A stretch of 63,176 nt of DNA, the filler included, from Octopus bimaculoides (lineage: Eukaryota): the NCBI RefSeq assembly GCF_001194135.2. It is 7 parts of 6 records of this genome, joined end to end, with 100 filler letters (N's around TTAATTAATTAA, not from the genome) between each part and the next. Parts side by side here need not be neighbours in the genome. Positions count along the whole stretch, not along the records: positions 42,303 to 51,651 come from NC_068982.1; positions 51,752 to 56,643 come from NC_068996.1; positions 56,744 to 60,914 come from NC_068988.1; 4 more parts are not named here. One strand, 5' to 3'. The notes under the pieces are model-generated. The model saw only the letters and a list, made by a program, of their open reading frames with translations, did not search any database and was not told the origin of the DNA. The position numbers and the translations under genes were made by a program. Every line of letters starts with the position of its first letter. Position 1 is the stretch's first letter. Shown piece by piece: positions 48,862 to 60,149 of this stretch.

Positions 48862-48953
48862 CATTATTCAGTTTATTTTAAGATTTCTTTCCAATAGAGA
48901 AAGAATCGGTTTCTAACCTAGATCTAAAGTTCCTTTCAACATCGACAACAAGG
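48862..48953 (-). mobile_element. Short element embedded in a (TATG)n array; probable 3' tip of a retroelement with a (CATA)n tail
   Basis: Unique 92 bp flanked on both sides by (TATG)n. Shares the GAAAC(C/T)G(G/A)(C/T)TC motif with the 48657-48730 insert in the same array. Confidence 0.45.
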
Positions 48954-48985
<32 letters not shown>

Positions 48986-49408
48986 TGTATGCATGTATGT
49001 GTATAAGAAAATAAATAACAATAGATGGATAATGTGCCAATTCACTACAGCTGTTTCTAAGAAATTTTTGATTGATTAATGGAGACATTACATCATTAGA
49101 AAAAATTGTTTTCATCAGGTGAATACTTGAACCACAACATTCAAAAATATTCAAAAGCCAATGATATTTACACTTTTATGATTCTATGTCCCTTGCTCCT
49201 GCCTGATTCACTTGAATCCTGATCTATTATATGTATATATGTATGTATGTATGATTAAATAAGTAAATGGAGATAAACGCAGGTATTATTCCAAAGGAAT
49301 AAAATGGTGTAAAACAATGTAATCTTGGAATTGAATCTAAAACCTAAAACCTTCACGCAAACGCGCACGGGTGAGAACACACGAACCCTGTCATGGTAAT
49401 GACCGCGG

Positions 49409-50085
49409 CTGTGTACCATGCGTGTGTACTGACATCACTCCTTTACTCATGTGAGACGCAGACCTTCTACAAATGTCATGTAAAGGTCCTTGAACGTTTC
49501 CATCAGAGATGTCTGAGACACATTCTGAATGTTGGCTGGACCTTAAAAAAACTCCAGATACACAGCTCCTGAGGAAAGCTGATATCCTGAGATTTGAGGT
49601 GATGGTGAACAAACACCAGTTATGTTGGACTGGACACCTTGTTAGAATGAATGCTAGTAGGATCCCTAAACAGATGCTATATGAGGAACTTGTCAGTGGA
49701 ATGCAACCCTGGCAGAAGCCAAGACTGCAATTTAAGGACTGTGTAAAGTCCTCATTAAAGGCCTGTAAATGCAGGAGGTTGACTAGGAGAGTTATGCTTG
49801 CCATCACCACGGATGGAGGAAACAGATAAAGGAAGGAGTCAATATATTTGAAAGAGTACATATTCTTCATGAAGAATTTAAGTGGGATGCTCGAAAATGC
49901 CCTGCTAGTGTAATGAATGGGGAAAGCTTGATCTGCAGTGCTTGCAGTCATGTATGTCTGTCAAGAGCAGGGCTTGCTAGTCACCAACAGAGCCACAAAT
50001 GTAAAGTATAAGGTAGTCTTGAGTACAAATGTTCCTAAAGGTCAGTAATGGTTTTCCTTGGTTACGAGTGGATTGCCATCATCAT
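49409..50085 (+). mobile_element. RTE-clade LINE, 5'-truncated 3' end
   Basis: YHACVLTSLLYSCET...LERFHQRCLRHIL, QLCWTGHLVRMNASRIPKQMLYEEL...KPRLQFKD, a terminal CSACSHVCLSRAGLASH motif and a short (CAT)n tail. Confidence 0.93.
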
Positions 50086-50360
50086 GTATGTATGTATGTA
50101 TGTATACATGCATATGTATGTATGTATGTATACATGCATATGTATGTATGCATGTATGCATGTATGCATGCATATATGTATATATACATATGTGTACATA
50201 TGTATGTATGCATGTATGTATATCTGTGTGTACATATGTGTGTATGTATGCATGCATGTATGTGTGTGTTTATGCATGTGTGTACATATATATATATATG
50301 TATGTACGCATGCATGCATGTATGTATGTATATATATCTTTGTATGTATGTATCTATGGG
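50086..50360. repeat. (TATG/CATG)n low-complexity array
   Basis: Visible units. Confidence 0.95.
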
Positions 50361-50379
50361 TGTTGTATGCCTTTATATT

Positions 50380-50590
50380 CATTCCCTGCCACTGCTTAAC
50401 AACTAATGTTGGTTTGTTTGCATCCCTGTAACTTATCGATTGCGATTCAGCAAGAGGGATTGATAAAATAGGTAACCAAATTTACAAATTAAGTACAGGA
50501 GTCAATTTGTTTGACCGAACCTTTCAAGGTGATGCTCCCACATGGTCACAGTCCAGCGTCTGAAACAGGTAACAAATAAAAAATAGAAGA
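50380..50590 (+). mobile_element. SINE family 1, diverged 3' half
   Basis: CCCTGTAACTTA...GTCAATTTGTTTGACCGAA...GGTGATGCTCCCACATGGTCACAGTC. Confidence 0.72.
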
Positions 50591-50804
50591 TATTGCTTAG
50601 TCAGAGGGCAAATGGTAGCATCCACAATCCTTTTCAAAGTTTCTGAGTCTGGGGAAAAAAAAAAAAGGACTGAGATGTTCTTGAACTGAAGACTTGGACC
50701 AAATACTTGTCTCAGAGGAATCATTGCTAAAAGTACTCAAGACCAGGTGATGGAGTTTGTTGGGCAATATATTGTGTTTATTATCCTATGTACTAAGCTT
50801 ATTC

Positions 50805-51186
50805 GTGGAGGCGCAATGGCCCAGTGGTTAGGGCAGCAGACTCGCATTCATAGGATCGCGGTTTTGATTCCCAGACCGGGTCTTGTAAGTGTCTATTGAA
50901 CGAAAACACCTAAAGCTCCATGAGGCTCCGGCAGGGGATGGTAGCGAACCTTGCTGTACTCTTCCACCACAACTTTCTCTCACTCTTTCTTCCTGTTTCT
51001 GTTGTACCTGTATTTCAAAGGGTCAGCCTTGTCACACTGTGTCATGCTGAATATCCCTGAGAACTACGTTAAGGGTACACGTGTCTGTGAAGTGCTCAGC
51101 CACTTGCACGTTAATTTCATGAGCAGGCTGTTCCGTTGATCGGATCAACTGGAATCCTTGACGTCGTAAGCGATGGAGTGCCAACA
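50805..51186 (+). mobile_element. SINE family 3 (head A), full length, with a perfect 13-bp TSD
   Basis: ACTAAGCTTATTC at 50792-50804 and 51187-51199. Confidence 0.96.
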
Positions 51187-52595
51187 ACTAAGCTTATTCA
51201 AAAATGGTAGGTGTCACATTCTAGAACAAAATCATTTTTAATTGTTGATAACGAAATAGGTTAATACTTCAATAAAATATTTATTCATAGTTAAAAAAAA
51301 ACGTAATTTATTCCAGAAAAAAATTTCTCTCTTGTCAAATATGTCTCAGAAAAATCTTAATTAAAATATTAAAACATCAGAATTTATGACTTAAAACCAT
51401 TGATATTTTCCCCAGAGAATACTAAAACTTCATCATATGTCTATCTAGGGAGAAATCGCCTCATTTCTTCTGATATTCTCTCATCAGACATTTCATTTGT
51501 TTTCTGCTTTGTTAATTTTGTCTTCTCATTTTAGTTTTAGTTTTCCTCACTCTTTTTCGTCAGCTGTACATTGAAAGGTTCTTCAACCAAATAGATAATA
51601 CAATAAAAAATAATTGAAAAATTCATAAATCATTTATATATATATATATATNNNNNNNNNNNNNNNNNNNNNNNNNNNNNNNNNNNNNNNNNNNNTTAAT
51701 TAATTAANNNNNNNNNNNNNNNNNNNNNNNNNNNNNNNNNNNNNNNNNNNNATATATATATATATATAAAAATTGTTATGTAATTCCATAAATGGCAAGG
51801 TATTACGCTAATAGAATTTAAAAAATAATGTATACAAGCCCAGAAATCAACTGGAAGAGCATTGTATCCCGTTGAAGTTAATATAACTTGTGCATCAACC
51901 GTTGAAAGAGCATGAATCTCATACAATCTTATTATTCTTATCAAAAAATGTATAAGTATTTGTAAAGCAAACATTTTGGAGAAGCTGTGATTGTGACAGA
52001 TCGGAAGGATTTCTACACACAAATCCCATAATACATGCATAACATTTCCCATCACACTTTTTTTTATACTCTTATATCTAATTACCTCATATTCCATGCC
52101 TAATTAATAAATAGTTATTATCATTAGCAAAATCAGCTGCATCAATAGTATTAGTAATGATAATAGTCAACGGGTTACAATATTTTATGAGGTCACTCTG
52201 TTTCTTTCTCACTCACTTTCTGTCACTCTTCTTTCTTACTCCACCACACTCTTTTTTCTTTTGTTTTTAAATTCTTCTCTTAAGAAATTCGAGATTGCTA
52301 TGTTTGTTTTGGATTATTTCAAAAGCGGATTTATTCAATTGCTAAAGGTGATTAGGTGATTTATGTAATGTAAACCAATTGCCGAGTTAATATAACTGTA
52401 AGTACATTACTCTGATCTAAGTGGACATAATATTAAGTCGATCAAGTTGATTTTATACTTATACGACTTATAGGGGTTACTTACGTTTTGTTCACTCACT
52501 ATTTTAACAGCTGTTTCTTATGCTGACTTCCATCGGGAAATCTATTAGGAAAATAATGCATATAAACAAAAATAGCAACGAAAATAATAATAATG

Positions 52596-52644
<49 letters not shown>

Positions 52645-54943
52645 TAATAATAATAAAAACAAAAACAGTGCCGTAATTAGGCAAGATGCCTTGGGTAAAA
52701 GTAGAAATCAGTGAACAACTTGTAATAATAATTATGCCTTTCCGAAGAATATTAATGCAGTAAGTGGATCCGTTCCAACTGGGAATTTTAATTCAGTAGC
52801 AGATTGCATTCATAACGAGTGCATTTACTTTACATCCGCTAACTTACATTACTACATTGTGATTGCACCTCCACTCGCACCACCAACATTATTACATAGA
52901 ACTTCATACTCAATGAATACACAGTTCTAACAGTGTAAACAAATTATGTCAATAAATAATAACAAAAATAGTCAGCAGGATAAATAACTAAAGTGGAGCA
53001 ATTCAGAGATATTAGTTGTCAAGGCAGAAAATGTTGGTGAAAGAAATACAGCGAAAGATTGAGGTTACGATCGAGTAACATGACTCTGCATACAGGACAA
53101 GTTGATGTTCTTTAACATGGCGAGGAAAGATCTAACAATATTGCAGTATATAATTTTCTTTATGAACGCAGATAAACTAGAAAACTGAAAGGATCTCATA
53201 GAAAAGAGGAATATAAACAGTTTGTACAAGTATTCAAATAAGGATTTCTGAGTTTGGACGGATTTCTTAAATTTAGATTAAGCGTGTAATCGATTTCCTC
53301 ACCCGTTAATGAATGACCAGTTACATCTAAGAAGTAAAGATAGGAACATGATGGAAAATATTAAAACAATGGTGACTGATTCCTCGCCAAAATTAAGTTT
53401 AATAAAAGATCTCGAGTAATCTCATAGAAACGTATATTACTTGTATATAAGGCAAAACGTTGAATGAGATATTTAATTCTATATATACCACCCCTTTTGC
53501 CATATGTTCATTAAAATGGCACTTCATGAATTATTGTTAATTTCCACCGTCACATCAACGATGACTGAGAATTGGGATTGATTTTTCCTCCGTTTATGGT
53601 GATAAGATTTGTCGTTTGCCGTACTGGAGGTTTATTCTAAACGAAAACACGGATTTTCAGCATTCTCTAAAACCAGGTGAATGATCTGTTTTGTTTTTGT
53701 TTTGTTTTCTCCATCAGATATACCGAGAGGCCTGGGGCTTACATGGAATCCAAGTCAATTGCTGACATAGATGTGGCACCAACTTTGAATCTATTCTTGA
53801 CGTACGTGTTAGGCTTTCAGGCAGCGCTTTACTGGACACTTTCGGACGTGCAATGCATGGTAGAGCGTAATGGAGTTTATTATCTATCTCAAATATATAT
53901 TGTAACTATTCAGAAGAGGCAATACACTATGTGAAACTAATAAGAACAACTTAGTATAATTAGTATAATTAGTATAATAGTATAATTAGTGCTCAGCTGC
54001 ACAAACATGATTGAGTGAATTGCATCTGTTCATAAACATTCATACACTCACACTAGCCACTTGCAGAAATTACTACAGCGATTTCTGTACAGTGAGCAGG
54101 AGTGGTTGCCGTTCGCAAGGCAAGTTTTTCTGCAGCTAGTTTGCTTGACGGAAGTGCAATCCTGGATGAGACATAATCTGAGATGAGTTTGAATACCTGA
54201 CATCTATGTGCCTAGGCTCACCGCTTGTTATTAGGCAATAGTGGCGGTGAAATCTATCCACCTGTAATCTATATAAGGGTTTAATAGCAAGAAAAGGCAA
54301 TAGCGTTCATAAAAAAGTTCTAAACGTCAACGAAAAGGAAGTGGCCTCTCTCTCTCACGGAAATTGCTTGATGGAGTACTAGTATTAATATCTCCCAGGA
54401 ATCGTTCGCATGGGAGCATTACAGACGGACTGGAACCGATTCAGCATGAATCTTACAGACACACGAATGTTGTTTAGCGACACTGTCCGAGACACGTGCA
54501 GACCGAAGAAATTGTTTTGCAAATATTCAATTTGGCTTGGAATTGCAGACTTGTGGATTTATGTCTAGCATATTGTGGTGTGTGAAATGGAGTCTGCTTG
54601 TCGGCGAAATCGTTGTAATGATTGCCACGTTACCTTTCTTTGAAGACAACTGTCAGTTTTCTTCTCACTGGTAGCTATAATGGTAAAGGTTGTGTGGAAG
54701 ACGAGACTATATGATAGCAATGTCTGAGGACAGACAATTACACATTTATTCAAGCGTTCGACAACGTTTTTAAGTGTCACTTGAAAACAAATGTGAGTGT
54801 AGTAAGGCAGACGCTACGCTCAAGAGAATTTCTTAAAAGGCGGTATTAAAATAGACGAAGCACAAACTTTGACAAGGAATAGTGAAGGAAGCAAAAGAAC
54901 AGTAACCCTAGGTAGTCACTCGATTTGCTAAAGATGTGTGTGC

Positions 54944-55036
<93 letters not shown>

Positions 55037-55052
55037 TGTTTGTGTGTGTGTA

Positions 55053-55146
55053 TGGTGTACTCTTATCAGACGGATAATCATGATGGGTATTCTGGGCTTC
55101 GTATATTGTAGCCCAGTGTCTTTTTAACGGCATGCATTGCTCTCTC
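55053..55146 (+). mobile_element. Repeat X 3' fragment followed by (AAT)n(GAT)n
   Basis: Matches the reverse complement of 24488-24585. Confidence 0.7.
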
Positions 55147-55163
55147 GAGCAATAATAATAATA

Positions 55164-55198
<35 letters not shown>

Positions 55199-55200
55199 AA

Positions 55201-56009
55201 TTGGGCTAAACTAAACGCAAGAGAAATAGACAAAGCAAAATCCCAGCAAGGATCTAGAAGCTCAGGACGCAAAGCAGAGACTGAAGGATTTTTAATTGCT
55301 GCACAAGACCAAAGCCTCCCCACCAGAAATTACCAAAAACATATAATGAAAAGAAACATAACAAGTAAATGCAGAATATGTGGAGATGGACAAGAAACAA
55401 TAAATCATATTATCTCTGGCTGCCCAGTCCTGGCTAAGAAGGAATATATTCACAGACACGACAGAGCTGGGACCTATATACACTGGAAGCTATGCCAACA
55501 CTATGGAATAACAACAGAAAAAAGATGGTATAAACACACGCCAGAAAAGGTCACAGAAAACGAGAAAGCAACCATACTCCGGGATATGCCAATACGCACA
55601 GATAGAGAAATTAAGGCAAATAGACCAGATAGAGTTGTCAAAGATCATGAAGAAAAAAAATGCTTTCTAATTGATGTATCAATACCAGCAGATGACAACG
55701 TTTCCCTAAAAGAAATGGAAAAACTTTCAAAATACAAAGACCTGGGAACAGAGGTAACTCGAATGTGGAATCTAAAAACAGAAACAATTCCTATCATAGT
55801 AGGTGCCTTAGGTATAATAAAAAAATATTCAGACAAATGCATAACAAAAACACCAGGATTTACAAATATATATAACATACAGAAAATTGCACTACTGGGC
55901 ACTGCACACATCCTACGCAAAACACTTTCAACACAGTAATCACAAGAGCATCACAGCAAACCACAGCACATACCCAAGGCGCACAGAGCATGTGATAAAA
56001 ATAAGACTA

Positions 56010-56012
<3 letters not shown>
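55201..56012 (+). mobile_element. R4/Dong-type LINE, subfamily C, 5'-truncated, intact C-terminal ORF (CCHC + REL endonuclease), inserted in (AAT)n
   Basis: KAETEGFLIAAQDQSL, CRICGDGQETINHIISGC...RHD, ANRPD...CFLIDVSIP...K.SKYKDL, PIIVGALG, stop at 55939 and a ~70-bp 3' UTR. AAT repeats on both sides (55151-55200, 56013-56089). Confidence 0.96.
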
Positions 56013-56091
<79 letters not shown>

Positions 56092-56778
56092 TGATTTGAT
56101 GAAGATGGTGATGATCACGATAATACATTTACATAGGATACTTGTCCAATATTTTGCACAGTTTGTCAAGACACTTCTCTCTAATTTAAGCGAGTTCTTG
56201 CTCGAGCTGAGGCAACGGTCTAGTATTTAAGCTCGTGTGTGTTTGTAATTTCTTGTATTTTATATTACGTTTTGTTTATTTTTCATCTCTTAGTTATCTA
56301 CTGACGTCGTCAAAAGTTTAATACTAAACTCGATTTCTTAGGATATTATATGTCTTCTTAACTTCCTTTTTGTATGCATTCGTCTACTAGAGATAATTTC
56401 TTAGTTCATTTTAAATTATACCAATTCTGGATTGTCTTGATAATAATGTGTTGACATATATTTTCGGATATGTAAATTTGATTGATATTTTCTGAATGCG
56501 TTGAATATTTTCTGAATATTTTCGAAATACGACGCTGACACAACAAAACCGATCATCGCTCTTGTATTGTGTCTTTACCAATTAAAGATGGGATGTTTCT
56601 TCTTCTTCTTCTTATTCATCTTCTTCTTTCAATTCTTCTTCTTNNNNNNNNNNNNNNNNNNNNNNNNNNNNNNNNNNNNNNNNNNNNTTAATTAATTAAN
56701 NNNNNNNNNNNNNNNNNNNNNNNNNNNNNNNNNNNNNNNNNNNTACATAAAGCACTTAGCTCTATGAACGACTCTAAG

Positions 56779-56847
<69 letters not shown>

Positions 56848-57481
56848 TACACATACACACGCACACATATTTATATATACATGTATGTATGTGTATCCTT
56901 TGCCGCTATTTTATTGTGATTGTGTGTGTTTGTGTGCTGTAGATATAATCCTATATATGTATATTTGTATGTGTGCTTTGCTTTGTTTTAAATCTGCTTG
57001 TGTACACACTAGTGGAAAGAAATCCTGAGATTTGAACATCCGGTTCAATAGTAGAATATTATTAAAACACAGTTAAAAATAGAATCTTTTGCAGTGAAAA
57101 GAGATTATCGAAGATCTACAGACGAGAGGTGAATGGAGGTGGAGTGGCGGGGGTGGCATGTGTAGAATGTAAAGAGAGATGCTAGTTTGGAGATGAAGTT
57201 TTTAAATACAGAACTGTACAGGAAGAGTAGAGTTGGGCGGGGGAGGTTGAGGTGGGGAGAAAAAGGTGGGGCAGTGGGGGTAGAGGGCATAGGGGTGTGG
57301 GTGAGCGACTCTATATTTTCATTTGTGTGGAATGAAGTGAAAACTGAAGACACAAAGAGATCTATATCATGAAAACTTTAAAGAGAGAGAGAGAGAGAGA
57401 AAGGGTGAGAGAAAGAGAGACAAACAGACAGACGGACTATGCAAACTGTATGTTTTTGTGTGTGTGTGGTGGGGTGCTGGT

Positions 57482-57615
57482 GGGGCTTTGTGGTTAAGAA
57501 TCTTGCTTCGAAGCCATAGGGTTTCTCATCCAGACTCCTCCTGTCTTCTTCTGCAGCCCTGGGCCAATTAAGCCTTTGCGAGTGGATTTGGAAGACAAAA
57601 ACTGTCCATAAGTCA
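57482..57615 (+). mobile_element. SINE family 1, degenerate 5' half
   Basis: TGTGGTTAAGAATCTTGCTT...GCCCTGGGCCAATTAAGCCTTTGCGAGTGGATTTGG. Confidence 0.6.
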
Positions 57616-57700
57616 TTGAGGGGTTGCAATCTTTGATAGTTCTTTATTTTTTGACCTTTTTTTTTCAGGGATTTTATGGACCATGTCGTGAAAATTAATT

Positions 57701-58043
57701 ATGGAAAAATATGGCACCGCACAACGCACCCAGGCGGTGAAATTGTTTTATTAAAATCAAGATTGAATTATTCAAACTCAGAGAGCACCAAAGAGATTTG
57801 CACGCCATAAAGTGAACATAATGGTGTGCAATTTTGGTGAATGAGAGAATTGGGCCTTATTCCTTTGGGGACAATGATGGGAATGCGATCACTGTGACTG
57901 GTGAACAGCACAAGTCCATGATCGAGAACCTTTTGTACTTGGCCGTTCTAAATTGGGCCAATATGTGGTTCCAGTAAGTTGGGACAACTGTTCATACCAC
58001 AAGAGAGACAATACAGTTGCTGAAGCAATATTTTGGAGATCAT
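57701..58043 (+). mobile_element. Tc1/mariner-superfamily transposase remnant with a large internal deletion
   Basis: MEKYGTAQRTQAVKLFY joined to LHAIK*T*WCAILVNERIGPYSF...ITVTGEQHKSMIENLL...MWFQ*VGTTVHTTRETIQLL. This matches the IGPYFF...WFQQDGAT.HT pattern. Confidence 0.78.
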
Positions 58044-58044
58044 T

Positions 58045-58232
58045 AAGGCGGCGAGCTGGCAGAGACGTTAGTATGGCGGGTGAAATGCTTAGCAGTATTT
58101 CGTCTGTCTTTACGTTCTGAGTTCAAATTCCACCGAGGTCGACTTTGACTTTTATCCTTTCAGGGACGATAAATTAAGTACCAGTTGCATACTGGGGTCG
58201 ATCTAATCGACTGGCCCCCTCCTCAAAAGTTC
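58045..58232 (+). mobile_element. SINE family 2, 3'-truncated, abutting the transposase remnant
   Basis: Close match to the other family 2 copies. Confidence 0.9.
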
Positions 58233-58554
58233 TTACCCGTCCCATAATATTTGTTGACAGCTGTGAACAACATATAAATACATTAGCATCCCCAATGGAA
58301 AGGGCCATGTTCAAAAGTACTATGGTTTTCTGCAAGCATATTTGGTGTCAGTTGATATCAATGTTGGGGCTAACAGAATAAAGAAGGGACTTTTGGGGCT
58401 GAGTATAAATGTACATATATAAAGATATGAGTAAACAGGGTTAGTGACGTGGGCAGTTTGGCATAAATGTATTGGGACGTAAATGTATAGGGACGCTGGT
58501 GCTTCTTTGAAAATAAATGGGTTATGCTGGTATGCAGAGGTGGGGGCAGTAGTG

Positions 58555-58930
58555 ATGATGATGATGATGATGATGAGGAGGAGGAGGAGGAGGAGGAGGA
58601 GAAAGACGGTGATGTTGATGATGATGATGAGGAAGATGGTGATGATGATGATGATGATGATGAGGAGGAGGAGGAGTAAGACGGTGATGATGATGATGAT
58701 GATGATGAGGAAGACGGTGATTATGATGATGAAGGTGGTTGTGGTGGTGGTGGTGGTGGTGGTGGTGGTGATGATAATGATGAGGATGATGATGGCAGTG
58801 ACGACGACGACGACGACGATGATGACGATGTTGATGAAGGTGGTGGTGACAGTGGTGATGATTATGATGATGATGGTGATGATGGTGATAACGACGATGA
58901 TGATGATGAAGGTGGTGGTGGTGATGATGA
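58555..58930. repeat. Compound (GAT)n/(GAG)n/(GGT)n tract with a higher-order unit
   Basis: The unit (GAT)n-(GAG)n-AAGA(C/T)GGT recurs four times in 58555-58720. Confidence 0.9.
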
Positions 58931-59760
58931 TAGGAATTACAAACACTTCTAGCAAAGTCACCTGGAGATATATTTCAGTATGAAGAGCGACACTGAATTG
59001 GAATTGAATTCTTAGTTATCTTTAAGAAACTGACAATTCATTGCAACTGCATACAGACTTATTTTACCAGGTGTATATATGTATGTCCACACACACACAC
59101 ACACACATATATACACACACTCACACAATACATATNNNNNNNNNNNNNNNNNNNNNNNNNNNNNNNNNNNNNNNNNNNNNNNNNNNNNNNNNNNNNNNNN
59201 NNNNNNNNNNNNNNNNNNNNNNNNNNNNNNNNNNNNNNNNNNNNNNNNNNNNNNNNNNNNNNNNNNNNNNNNNNNNNNNNNNNNNNNNNNNNNNNNNNNN
59301 NNNNNNNNNNNNNNNNNNNNNNNNNNNNNNNNNNNNNNNNNNNNNNNNNNNNNNNNNNNNNNNNNNNNNNNNNNNNNNNNNNNNNNNNNNNNNNNNNNNN
59401 NNNNNNNNNNNNNNNNNNNNNNNNNNNNNNNNNNNNNNNNNNNNNNNNNNNNNNNNNNNNNNNNNNNNNNNNNNNNNNNNNNNNNNNNNNNNNNNNNNNN
59501 NNNNNNNNNNNNNNNNNNNNNNNNNNNNNNNNNNNNNNNNNNNNNNNNNNNNNNNNNNNNNNNNNNNNNNNNNNNNNNNNNNNNNNNNNNNNNNNNNNNN
59601 NNNNNNNNNNNNNNNNNNNNNNNNNNNNNNNNNNNNNNNNNNNNNNNNNNNNNNNNNNNNNNNNNNNNNNNNNNNNNNNNNNNNNNNNNNNNNNNNNNNN
59701 NNNNNNNNNNNNNNNNNNNNNNNNNNNNNNNNNNNNNNNNNNNNNNNNNNNNNNNNNNNN

Positions 59761-59793
<33 letters not shown>

Positions 59794-60149
59794 ATATATG
59801 AAACACAACAAAAGGTTTTTTTTTCTTCTAAACTAATTATTCTGGGTTTCACCATTGTTAATAGGAAGCAGCCACATTAACTCTTTTAAACACTTTGGTA
59901 AAATCAAATATAAAATCTGGTAAAATAATGAGATTTTTTTCCCTTAGAAAACTAAATGATAATGGTGAGTCAAGGAAGTACAAACTGGTGGAAGTTACCG
60001 AAATGTACTAAGTGATCATTGCTATTAAATGCAACGGGAAGTTTCACAAAAGCCAAATATATCTATCTATCTATCTATCTAATTTTCATATGGAACCAAG
60101 CGAATTTGTTAAATTGGTTAATAAGTTTTATTGAACAAATATTTTTTCG

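Noticed and set aside
58483-58983. Met/Arg-rich 166-aa ORF as a possible reflectin-like protein
   Set aside because: No reflectin MDM/Tyr-rich motif; it is a (GAT)n/(GAG)n translation.
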